Source: Candidatus Obscuribacteraceae bacterium (GTDB lineage: Bacteria; Cyanobacteriota; Vampirovibrionia; Obscuribacterales; Obscuribacteraceae). From it: DNA of 64,000 nucleotides. The stretch spans positions 320,001 through 384,000 of the forward strand of contig JBGAHS010000003.1 of the NCBI GenBank assembly GCA_044226015.1, written 5' to 3'. How positions within the stretch are numbered: the stretch's first letter is position 1; every line of letters begins with the position of its first letter. Made by a program: the position numbers and the translations under genes. Shown piece by piece: positions 50,708 to 59,995 of this stretch. The notes under the pieces were generated by a model. It had not been told where the DNA came from, searched no databases, and worked only from the letters and a program-made list of their open reading frames with translations.

Positions 50708-53700
50708 TTGAAAAAAATGACCGAAAGCCAGGCTTTGACCGAGGGCGATAAGAAATCGCCTGAGTGCAGCCTTTCTAGTCAAAATCCTTTGCAGGAACAG
50801 ATCTATCATGAGCGGACTTCGCCTGTTCATGGTGAGTCAAGTGATGGCGCCGGCACACAATCCTCAACTGAAACAAAGACTGATTCCTCCTCAACACAGC
50901 AATGTTCTGGAAAGACAGAGACAATTGTGTGGGAATCTCCGAAGTCGCCTGAGCCAGATGCAGGGCTGAACAAAGCAAGCAAACAAAGCGTATCTGCACG
51001 CGAATTCATAGCCAGTCAACTAGCGGATAAAGACAAACCTAAGCCAGCTGCCTCAGTTGCACCAAGAGTGGATGCCGCCGGCATCCGCTGGGAAGAACCC
51101 AAAACCCCCGAGGCTGACCCAGGACTTGCCAGCGCCATAAAGAAGAGCGAGACAGCTCATAATTTCATTGCGAGCCAACTCGCGCTTAAGGAAGATGCCG
51201 TTGGTCAAAATAGAATCATCGCGGCAAAATTCGAACCTGCTAGTGAAATAAAATGGCAAGAACCAAAAACACCTGAGCCCGATGCCGGTCTCGCGAAAGC
51301 GATTCAAGACGGCGAATCAGCCCATAAATTCGTGGTTCAGCAGCTAACCCTATCTGATGATTCAACTTCGCAAACTCAACCCCAGGCGAAAAAGGAAGAC
51401 TCATCAGGCATCACATGGCAGGAACCAAAAGCGCCTGAGCCCGACCCGGGACTCGCAAAAGCGATACAAGACAGCGAATCCGCCCATAAATTCGTGGTTC
51501 AGCAGCTAACCCTATCTGATGATTCAACTTCGCAAACTCAACCCCAGGCAAAAAAGCAAGACTCTTCGGGCATCACATGGCAGGAACCAAAAGCACCTGA
51601 GCCCGACCCGGGACTCGCCAGAGCCATGCAGAACGGCGCTTCCGCTCACAACTTCGTGGTGGCACAGCTAGCTATCACTGACGATTCAAATTCACAAACT
51701 CAACCCAAAGCGAAAAAACAAGACTCATCGGGCATCACATGGCAAGAACCTAAAGCACCTGAGCCTGACCCTGGACTCGCCCGAGCCATGCAACAGGGCG
51801 AAACAGCCCACAAATTTGTGGTGGCACAGCTAGCTATCACTGACGATTCAAATTCACAAACTCAACCCAAAGCGAAAAAACAAGACTCTTCGGGCATCAC
51901 ATGGCAAGAACCAAAAGCACCTGAGCCTGACCCTGGTCTCGCCAGAGCCATGCAACAAGGCGAAACAGCCCACAAATTTGTGGTGGCACAGTTGGCTGCA
52001 ACTGAACCGAATCCGACGCCCCCTGAAGCTTCAAAAAGAAATGACACTGGAATAAAGTGGGACGCTCCGAAGACACCTGAGCCTGACCCTGGTCTCGCCA
52101 GAGCCATGCAACAAGGCGAAACAGCCCACAAGTTCGTCGTGCAACAATTAACAAGCACGGAAGATTCAAATTCGTCCGCAAACCGCGTCGGCAAAAAAGA
52201 TGAGAATACAGGCATCAAATGGACTGAGCCAAAAGCTCCTGAGCCCGACCCTGGTCTCGCAAAGGCAGCGCAACAAGCTGACACTGCGCACAAATTCGTC
52301 ATACAACAACTAGGGCTTTCAGACAATTCAGCAAAAGAGACTCCTGCGCAAAGTCCAGCAAGAACAGTCGAACCTGTGAAGGTTGACTCAACAACTCCAG
52401 CCGCTCCTCTTTCCATAAATACTTTAGCCAGAACGAGCACCACTTTCCAGCAAGAGCCAAAGCTCGAACTCGGAAAAAACAATTCGCCCCCGCAGAAATT
52501 CAGAGAGACGGAAGCAGTAACAGAGAAAACGAAACCAGTTTCAGAACCAAATCTGAACTCGCAATACTTCAAACTTCCGACCGCTTCATTCAACTCTTCA
52601 TCGGAAAAGTACAGCCCCAAACCTGATGAGAGTGGCAAGAAAAGCCAGGAAACGAAAACACAACCAGCACAGATCAATACTGAAAAGCAAGACGCAAAAG
52701 CAACCGCATCGGTCACAGGCACAGCTGAAAAACGCGAATTCAGAACAGCATCAGCACAAGAGTTGGTTGAAAAAGTCGCCGTCGTTAACGCTGCTCAATC
52801 AACCGCCGCTTTACGCAATGAAGCATTAAATGCAAACAACACTAGAGTTTCATCCCTCCAATTGATGCGTACATCAATTGAATTGCCTAACGATTCAAGC
52901 AAACCGACAGTAGGTGGCACTATTGCCGGAACTTTCAAAAGTGCGCAAGAATCAATATATGCATACAAATCGCCCACAGAAATCCGGGCAAACGCATCTG
53001 AGCAAGATTTCAAATCAATCTCCAGAAGCACTCAGATCATCGGAAAAGAATCCATTGCTGCGTTTTCACCCGTCACTTCTTCATTCTTTCCAATTGCCAA
53101 AATAAGCCAGGCGCCTTCTGCAATTCTCAATTCAGAAACGAATTTCTCATCAGCCAAGAGAGAACTCAACGCAATCTTGATCGCAAAACCAGAATTAGCG
53201 AACTTACAATCACTCTCCACAATCAGCAATTTTGCATCGTCTGCCCGCACTTTCGAAGGTTCTGTCGCTGGAAGAATTTTTGAAACTACGATACAAAATA
53301 CGACTAACAGATCAGGTACATTACCTGAACAAAAAATATCTAGCAAAGCCATCTTTGGCTCGAGCCCATCGGCTTCTGAATCGCGTAGTTTCTCTACAAA
53401 TTTCGCCTTACCGCTCACCAGATTTTCGACAATCGGAATAGCGATCGCTAACACCCATGTCAGTCCAAGAGCGCCACAGGCAATCGTTCCCTTTGATGCT
53501 AAAGCACAAAGCAACTTGTCGCACATGATTTCAACACACACATTTAGCGATAACAAAATCAGCCCGTGGTCTGCCTCAATGCACTGGACAGGCAAACCCA
53601 ACCTAAAACAAGACGGACCGCTTGGGCTTTACCCGATTGGCATTAATGGAAAAAACGAGACCAAATCAGAAGTTCTAGAACCACTTAAAATGCGATTCGT

Positions 53701-55222
53701 CTGCGAACGCCGTTATCTAACCGGGCTGGAGCTGGCACTTGGTTTTGCTATAGCATCCGCAGGAATTGCAAAAAACAGGAGACAAGAGCAACTCGGCGAA
53801 CTAAGCCAAGAAGAAATCACACAAACAGGTTTAGCTTCAACACATTCGAGCCAATACAAACGTTCTACCTACCTCGTAAAGCATGACGATTCTCTCACAG
53901 AAATCGCAGAGAAATTATTCTCTGACACAAGCATCGCTGCGTTGATTGCGGACATCAATGCTGGCAACATAGAAGAACATCTAGAGGGCGACAAACGAAT
54001 TGTCGTTTTGAACAGTCGTCAGCTTTTGGAATTACCGTGGGCATCAGAAGTAGAGTCATTCTCGAGATCAAAAAATGCCGACAGAAGCAAACAAGAGATA
54101 ATCACGATTGTAAAAATGACCGAAGTCGATCGCGAGCTTCTCGCCTCATTCAATGAGGTTCTCACACCAACTGTTTTTGGGCTCGAACTCAGCCTTAGCA
54201 GCTACATCGGAAAGGTCGACATTGTTGCCCCGCACACGCCTGCAAATTCTTTCGAGCCGAGCCAAACAGCAATCGAAACCACAGCTCACGACCTGAAGTC
54301 TCCACTCATGTCAGCACAAGTGTCGATTGATCTTCTCGAAGAATATCATGTGGACCTCTCAGACGAAGCTTTTGAAGCCATGCAAACCGTAAGAGATGAC
54401 ATGGACCATACAATAGAATGTGCGTATCAACTACTAAAGTGCACCAAAGACTTGACGAAACTGCGTCTAGACTCTGATGCAGGAGAGCAGGACAAACACT
54501 TACTGCAAGAGCTATCGGCTCAAGCTGAAGAATTGAGCATACCACTGCAGCGGTCACTAGAATCTCTGGAGCGCTTCGAAAACCTGGAGAATGAGCGACT
54601 CAGCAACAAAGCACGAGAGCAACTACTCAGAGCAAGAAGTGGTATCAACAAAGTTATTGAGCTCATTGACGAGCAGTTTGTAGTAGCTAATCCAACCTGT
54701 TCAGCCAGAAGAGAAAAGACAGAGAGCTGCTCACTCCTCAGGATTGTCGACAGTGCTGTTATTACACTGTCTGCCCTTGCAGAGAAAAAACGCATAAACC
54801 TAATCAACGAGTGCAGCGCAGCATCTGTTGCCGCCGACGAACAAAAGATCAGTCAAGTTGTGATGAACCTGTTATCTAACGCAATTAAGTTTGCGCCAGA
54901 AAACTCAAGCGTAAGAATCACAAGCCATATTCTCAAAGACACAGTAAAGCTGTCAGTAATCGATCAAGGACCTGGATTACAAAAAAAAGAAGCTAGTAAT
55001 CTCTTTCAAAAGTACAGCCAACTGAGTAATAAGGGTAGCAATGGTCATGGGCTCGGGCTCTCGCTCTGCAAATCAATCGTTCATGTATATGGTGGCGAAA
55101 TCGGAGTCTCTAGCCGTCCAGGAAGAGGCAGCACATTCTGGTTAGAAATTCCAAAACAACAGCTCGCAACGCCAGCACCCAAAACTGCCTTTCAGGCAAT
55201 CGCCCGCGCATTGTCGCTATAA
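50708..55222 (+). CDS. Repeat-LysM-like-histidine kinase fusion
   Basis: 9 N-terminal repeats; YLVKHDDSLTEIAEKLF..IADIN; H box TAHDLKSPL, N box NLLSNAIKF, DQGPG, GHGLGLSLCK, GSTFW. Confidence 0.85.
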   Translation: MKKMTESQALTEGDKKSPECSLSSQNPLQEQIYHERTSPVHGESSDGAGTQSSTETKTDSSSTQQCSGKTETIVWESPKSPEPDAGLNKASKQSVSAREFIASQLADKDKPKPAASVAPRVDAAGIRWEEPKTPEADPGLASAIKKSETAHNFIASQLALKEDAVGQNRIIAAKFEPASEIKWQEPKTPEPDAGLAKAIQDGESAHKFVVQQLTLSDDSTSQTQPQAKKEDSSGITWQEPKAPEPDPGLAKAIQDSESAHKFVVQQLTLSDDSTSQTQPQAKKQDSSGITWQEPKAPEPDPGLARAMQNGASAHNFVVAQLAITDDSNSQTQPKAKKQDSSGITWQEPKAPEPDPGLARAMQQGETAHKFVVAQLAITDDSNSQTQPKAKKQDSSGITWQEPKAPEPDPGLARAMQQGETAHKFVVAQLAATEPNPTPPEASKRNDTGIKWDAPKTPEPDPGLARAMQQGETAHKFVVQQLTSTEDSNSSANRVGKKDENTGIKWTEPKAPEPDPGLAKAAQQADTAHKFVIQQLGLSDNSAKETPAQSPARTVEPVKVDSTTPAAPLSINTLARTSTTFQQEPKLELGKNNSPPQKFRETEAVTEKTKPVSEPNLNSQYFKLPTASFNSSSEKYSPKPDESGKKSQETKTQPAQINTEKQDAKATASVTGTAEKREFRTASAQELVEKVAVVNAAQSTAALRNEALNANNTRVSSLQLMRTSIELPNDSSKPTVGGTIAGTFKSAQESIYAYKSPTEIRANASEQDFKSISRSTQIIGKESIAAFSPVTSSFFPIAKISQAPSAILNSETNFSSAKRELNAILIAKPELANLQSLSTISNFASSARTFEGSVAGRIFETTIQNTTNRSGTLPEQKISSKAIFGSSPSASESRSFSTNFALPLTRFSTIGIAIANTHVSPRAPQAIVPFDAKAQSNLSHMISTHTFSDNKISPWSASMHWTGKPNLKQDGPLGLYPIGINGKNETKSEVLEPLKMRFVCERRYLTGLELALGFAIASAGIAKNRRQEQLGELSQEEITQTGLASTHSSQYKRSTYLVKHDDSLTEIAEKLFSDTSIAALIADINAGNIEEHLEGDKRIVVLNSRQLLELPWASEVESFSRSKNADRSKQEIITIVKMTEVDRELLASFNEVLTPTVFGLELSLSSYIGKVDIVAPHTPANSFEPSQTAIETTAHDLKSPLMSAQVSIDLLEEYHVDLSDEAFEAMQTVRDDMDHTIECAYQLLKCTKDLTKLRLDSDAGEQDKHLLQELSAQAEELSIPLQRSLESLERFENLENERLSNKAREQLLRARSGINKVIELIDEQFVVANPTCSARREKTESCSLLRIVDSAVITLSALAEKKRINLINECSAASVAADEQKISQVVMNLLSNAIKFAPENSSVRITSHILKDTVKLSVIDQGPGLQKKEASNLFQKYSQLSNKGSNGHGLGLSLCKSIVHVYGGEIGVSSRPGRGSTFWLEIPKQQLATPAPKTAFQAIARALSL
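50923..52312 (+). repeat. Nine 52-55-aa repeats (central unit 162 bp)
   Basis: IxWxxPKxPEPDPGLAxAxxxxxxAHxFVxxQL core. Confidence 0.95.
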
Positions 55223-55580
55223 CCCTTTCATTTCTGACCGGTTTGGCTATTTAACCGACTCAACTCGTTCTCAATGGTCTCAAAAGAATTCTCGTCCATC
55301 TCTTTATCCTGAAAGGGTCTTCCTGTATATTCCCGCTTTGATCAATATTCCGACAGCCTGAGCCCTTCTCAGGAATTCAGATTAACTGTTCAATTGTTCA
55401 GTCAAACCAGCGGTGTTTATACATATGGCAATGGCAATACTGACGCTATTGTTGGAGCATGAGATGAATTGCTGGTTATGATTCATCAAAACAGAAATCT
55501 TGCAGCTGGGCTTGATTGCTGTACACGGGTGGGATTAGAGAGTCGTCAAAAACTCCAGGCTGCTATCGAGGTGATCGGGC

Positions 55581-56396
55581 ATGTTCAATACTTTGAGTTT
55601 CAGTAAGACTCCTGTAGCAGAAAGCATAGCTACTGGTGTCAAACAGCAAAGAGACAAAACAGTAATCATAATCGCTGAAGATTTAACTGGGATGCGCAAC
55701 TATGCTTCTGAGCTCATGCGCAAAATATTCCCGGACAATTGTGAAATTCATGAGGCTGTTAACGGTCAAGACTGTGTACGGTTGGCGCTGGAACACGCTC
55801 CCGATATGATTGTGATGGACATTGCCATGCCACTTACTAATGGTATTAAGGCAGCACAACAAATATGGAGCCGAATGCCTTCAACAAAAATTCTTTTCTG
55901 GTCGCAATATCATCGTGAAATCTATGTTCGCGACCTTGCAAGAATTCTTCCAGATGAAGCCATTCATGGATATATTCTCAAAAGTGAAAGCGATGAGAAA
56001 TTCGAATACGCCGTAACTTGCATCATGAAGCACAATAATCCGTACATCGACCCGGTTGTGCGAAACATCAAGAGCCGCCTAACCAAAAAAGACGAGTCTC
56101 TATCCGACATCGAATATGAAACACTGGTAGACATCTGCCTTGGCTTGACAGACAAAGCAATTGCTCGACGAAGACATGTGTCGGTGCGCGGAGTTCAAAA
56201 CCGCGTGTCAATTCTGGAAGCCAAACTACTTAAAGGACAGAATGTGATCGCTCGCGAAAACTCCGGTCTTGAAGTATACAACACCAGAGCGAGAGCCATT
56301 TTCGAAGCAATGCGCAGAGGTCTCATCGACCACGATATGCTCGAAGAAATGGATCAAGAAATGCGCGAATGGATGGCTGCAGATCTCGAAGAGTAA
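55581..56396 (+). CDS. NarL/LuxR-type response regulator
   Basis: IAED, IVMDIAMP, GYILK, HTH GLTDKAIARRRHVSVRGVQN; GAGGT RBS. Confidence 0.92.
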   Translation: MFNTLSFSKTPVAESIATGVKQQRDKTVIIIAEDLTGMRNYASELMRKIFPDNCEIHEAVNGQDCVRLALEHAPDMIVMDIAMPLTNGIKAAQQIWSRMPSTKILFWSQYHREIYVRDLARILPDEAIHGYILKSESDEKFEYAVTCIMKHNNPYIDPVVRNIKSRLTKKDESLSDIEYETLVDICLGLTDKAIARRRHVSVRGVQNRVSILEAKLLKGQNVIARENSGLEVYNTRARAIFEAMRRGLIDHDMLEEMDQEMREWMAADLEE

Positions 56397-56427
56397 TCGC
56401 AAATCAAAATCTTATTGGACTGGTAAG

Positions 56428-56458
56428 GAAACCGCCTTCGGGCGGTTTCTCTTTTTTT
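56428..56458 (+). terminator. Rho-independent terminator
   Basis: GAAACCGCC-TTCG-GGCGGTTTC followed by T7. Confidence 0.9.
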
Positions 56459-56546
56459 GGTATGTAATTCGCAAACGCCTGCAAGAGCAAATAAAGGCTC
56501 GTAATCGAATTGAGCCATTCAAATCGACTGATGTTTCTGAATTACA

Positions 56547-57143
56547 TTAAGGAACGTAGATGTGATTAAAGCTGCTGGGAGGGTTTTGCTCAAGTTCACG
56601 CATTCGGTTCATCATGCCAGACTCAGCTGGCATCATTTGCCTTGCAGCAGACATGCGATTCATAAGCCCTGAATATTGCTGAATTCGGTTGTATCTCGCA
56701 GACAAACTCTCATCATCATATGAATTAACTGGCATTCCATATCGCCCTGTAGTAACACCATATCTGGTGCTCTCATTCATCTCCTCGGTTCCACCATAAC
56801 GTGGATTATTTTCGCCATATCTTCTGCTGTACTCGCCATAGCGACCAGTATCGCCATAACTGCCATAGTTCCAGCCGCCACCAGCGCTGCCGACACCCTT
56901 GAAGCCGCCGCCCATTCCGCCGACGCCTTTCATGCCGCCACCCATGCCACCAATGCCTTTCATGCCACCGCCCATGCCACCAATGCCCTTCATGCCGCCC
57001 CCCATTCCGCCAATGCCTTTCATGCCGCCACCCATTCCGGCAAAACGCTCGCCACCGTCACCTCGAGCCAGGCTAAACGAAGCGTTTCCAAAGGACAAAG
57101 ACAGGCATACCAGAATAGGAATTAAAACTTTGCCGGACATCAC
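56547..57143 (-). CDS. Secreted Gly/Met/Tyr/Arg-rich low-complexity protein
   Basis: Signal peptide ending SLA; GGMGGGMKGI 30-bp repeats at ~56880-57040; RYG repeats. Confidence 0.75.
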   Translation of the reverse strand: MMSGKVLIPILVCLSLSFGNASFSLARGDGGERFAGMGGGMKGIGGMGGGMKGIGGMGGGMKGIGGMGGGMKGVGGMGGGFKGVGSAGGGWNYGSYGDTGRYGEYSRRYGENNPRYGGTEEMNESTRYGVTTGRYGMPVNSYDDESLSARYNRIQQYSGLMNRMSAARQMMPAESGMMNRMRELEQNPPSSFNHIYVP

Positions 57144-57254
57144 ACAACCTGCGAATGGTCAACTCGTAGGCTATATGCCCCAGACTTGCCCGCTCAAATC
57201 GAGCTAGCGGCGGCGCCACTTTCCAAACAGTTAGATTAGCACAATGATGGTCCT

Positions 57255-58472
57255 TTACTCGACCGAATCACCCGTAAATGGTGCTTCCTGCCGTCTTTCT
57301 TTGCGACGACGGCGACTGCCACTTGATGCTGGAGCCTCGACTTCAGTCTTCTCGGAAGCCCTGGACTCTTGCACCGGAAACAGCAACAATTGCGCACCAA
57401 TTTCGGCTAAAGCCTGCTTATCTTCATTATTAAGTGGAGTGACGTTCACCGGGTCGTGAAACACCACGAGGCGAGACCCCTCTTCGTCAATCTCTTCAGT
57501 GTTAACTAATTCAATACTCTGGGAGGCAAACAGCTCCATTAGAGGTGACACAGCGCGGGGTTCATCTCCTGCACTGGAAATCGTGGATTTCGATGTCGCA
57601 GCTCTGTCAAAAGAAATTGAAATCACATTGTCGACGACATCAGCAGGGTCAGGCAACTCAATTGCGTCGCTATCCACATGACTGTCTGTTGTACTAAATT
57701 GCAAGACTTTAACTTCAGCAAGCGGCTCTTCTTGCGCCGCAGCTAGCTCGGACGCTACGTCTTGCTTCTCCGCGACTTGCTTCTCAACAGCAGGCTCTAA
57801 CACTGTCTTCAAAAAAGAACCGGTGCGTCGGAGAGCATTATGCAGTTCTTCGACATCATAAGCGCTTGCCTTGGCATCATCAAGAAAGAACGCAAGTGCC
57901 TTTTCCAGACTGACTTCATCGCGACGGAGAAGATATTGGCACTTATCATTCAACCAGAAAAATTTTCCTTGCAGTGGAAACGGAATAGGCGAGTCGGAAG
58001 GCAAAATCTCGATGGTGTCAGGACCGACAACCAAGCCTTGCAAAATGCACCAATAGCGCAATTGATTTAGTAACTCAGATGAGCGACCAGGCGATTTCAA
58101 ATAGATGAACAAATACCAATCGTCTTCCATCTGATAGTGACGAGGGGTCACGCCGATGCGCTTCAAAGCGAGCCTGATATCCTGAATTGTAGCGACATCA
58201 TGATAGCGACTCGTAGCTGGGATGCGAAACCCAACAAACATCGTGCTGCCATCACATCTAAAAGCACGATGTGTCTTTGCAGCAGCCTGAAGACTGTCTA
58301 GAATTTCCTGATCACTGAGAGAATGAAAGCGACTCAGGTCAAGCCACTTCTGACTGCCTGACCTTCTCATAGCGCTTCCATAGCGATAGGGAAATAGCGA
58401 CATAAACGGTTTGAACAAGCTTGCAATGCTCTCTGAGCCTGTAAGCCCCTCAAGTCCGTCCCAGAAACACAC
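57255..58472 (-). CDS. Hypothetical protein resembling a degenerate AEP/plasmid Rep N-terminal domain with acidic tail
   Basis: TMFVGFRIPATSRYH, LKRIG, WYLFIYL, G..V...TIEILP, PFPLQ pattern. Confidence 0.55.
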   Translation of the reverse strand: MCFWDGLEGLTGSESIASLFKPFMSLFPYRYGSAMRRSGSQKWLDLSRFHSLSDQEILDSLQAAAKTHRAFRCDGSTMFVGFRIPATSRYHDVATIQDIRLALKRIGVTPRHYQMEDDWYLFIYLKSPGRSSELLNQLRYWCILQGLVVGPDTIEILPSDSPIPFPLQGKFFWLNDKCQYLLRRDEVSLEKALAFFLDDAKASAYDVEELHNALRRTGSFLKTVLEPAVEKQVAEKQDVASELAAAQEEPLAEVKVLQFSTTDSHVDSDAIELPDPADVVDNVISISFDRAATSKSTISSAGDEPRAVSPLMELFASQSIELVNTEEIDEEGSRLVVFHDPVNVTPLNNEDKQALAEIGAQLLLFPVQESRASEKTEVEAPASSGSRRRRKERRQEAPFTGDSVE

Positions 58473-58755
58473 ATTCGTGTTGATAGAAGTTAAGTCTTTA
58501 ATTGCCCCATCCTCACTCTAAGGTCGACGCCACCACATGTGGTGACATAATTGGACCCACATACTAGAGACATCCTAATCCTTGATAGCCAATTCTTCAA
58601 GCGATTATGGCTACAGGGGCTGTACGCACTGCTGCCTGCGAGGATGCTCTGGCGGCACGACGCATATACAACGAGAGCACACAAAGCACCCCACACTATA
58701 GCCATAGCCCATACTACGTAAGATTTTCCCAAGGATTAATGTCTGGAAAAACGGC

Positions 58756-59907
58756 TTATCCATCAGCCATACAGGCTATATTTCCAAGAGCAGCAAGCAA
58801 AGTCTCGACCTCGTCAAGCCTGTTGTAGTACCCAAAACTTGCTCGAACAAGTCCACCTTCTAGTGTTCCCAGGGTTCGATGGGCTGTTGCTGCGCAATGC
58901 AAACCAGATCGAACATATATCTCGTAATCACGATCAAGCTTCTCTGCTACGAAAGAGGAATCGAGCCCTTTAATTCGAAAGGAAACCGTTGAAGTACGCA
59001 ACGCTGAATCAGGGGCAAAAATTTCAATGCGATTATCAGCTCTAAGCAAGGAGAGAAAACGGCTGCATAACTCTAGTTCGTGCGCTTTCACTTTTTCTGC
59101 GTCATTCTTCAAAAATTCAATACCTGCACCAAGCGCCGCTATCGCAGGACCAGCCATGGTACCAGCTTCGAGCCTATCGGGGTACGCCTCAGGCATGTAC
59201 AAATCTTCAGACTTAGAGCCTGTGCCACCATGCAAAAACGCAGGCAGTTCAAGTCCTTCAGAGAAATATAAAAGACCTAACCCTTGCGCCCCAAACAATC
59301 CCTTGTGAGCAGAACTCGCCCAATAAAACTCGCATTGAACGCTATCAAGACGAGCCTGAAATGCACCGGCTGATTGTGCAGCATCAACGAGCAAAGGCAC
59401 ATTCTCGCGCTGCAGCAGCTTGCTCAACTCTGGCAGGTCGAGCATCTCACCTGTTACATTGCTTGCTTCCATGAAACAGCACAAGCGTGGGCGCTTCTCT
59501 GCGATAAGCCTCTCCAGAATTTGCAAATCAATAATTCGCCCTTTTCTATAGGGCACTGCCACAATTTGAATCTTTCTCTTGCTTTCAAGAAACTTTAACG
59601 GACGCATTACCGCATTGTGTTCCAGCGAACTCACCAGAACCACGTCAGCAGGCTCGAAGGGATAGTTCAACAAAACCATGTTGATACTTTGAGTGCACCC
59701 TGGTGTGAAGATAATTCTCTGGGGGTCGTCTGCACCGAGAAACTCGGCAGCAGCAATTCGCGTTTCAAAAACAACTCTGCTTGCATTCATCGCAAGAGCG
59801 TGCGCCGACCTTCCCGGACTGCCACCCAAGCGAAAAAATTCATCAGATGCCCTGTAGACAGCCTCTGGCTTTGGATGGGTCGTCGCAGCGTTGTCAAAGT
59901 AAATCAG
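58756..59907 (-). CDS. Cysteine desulfurase family (class-V PLP aminotransferase)
   Basis: YFDNAATT, LEHNAV, VDAAQ, SAHKGL, RSGLHCA; start placed at CTG 59907 (track TTG 59943). Confidence 0.92.
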   Translation of the reverse strand: MIYFDNAATTHPKPEAVYRASDEFFRLGGSPGRSAHALAMNASRVVFETRIAAAEFLGADDPQRIIFTPGCTQSINMVLLNYPFEPADVVLVSSLEHNAVMRPLKFLESKRKIQIVAVPYRKGRIIDLQILERLIAEKRPRLCCFMEASNVTGEMLDLPELSKLLQRENVPLLVDAAQSAGAFQARLDSVQCEFYWASSAHKGLFGAQGLGLLYFSEGLELPAFLHGGTGSKSEDLYMPEAYPDRLEAGTMAGPAIAALGAGIEFLKNDAEKVKAHELELCSRFLSLLRADNRIEIFAPDSALRTSTVSFRIKGLDSSFVAEKLDRDYEIYVRSGLHCAATAHRTLGTLEGGLVRASFGYYNRLDEVETLLAALGNIACMADG

Positions 59908-59995
59908 ACTTTTGTCTCCTAGATGAAATGTTTGGAAATGCAAGCCGAGGCTATGCTAGCATTTTTCTTTGTGGCGCAGCGGCTCAGGTGTGAAT

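Noticed and set aside
51862..53601. Long minus-strand ORFs (286 and 189 aa)
   Set aside because: Antisense to the histidine kinase gene; no motifs
58490..58732. 80-aa ORF with hydrophobic N-terminus
   Set aside because: Cannot be distinguished from chance; no recognisable motif
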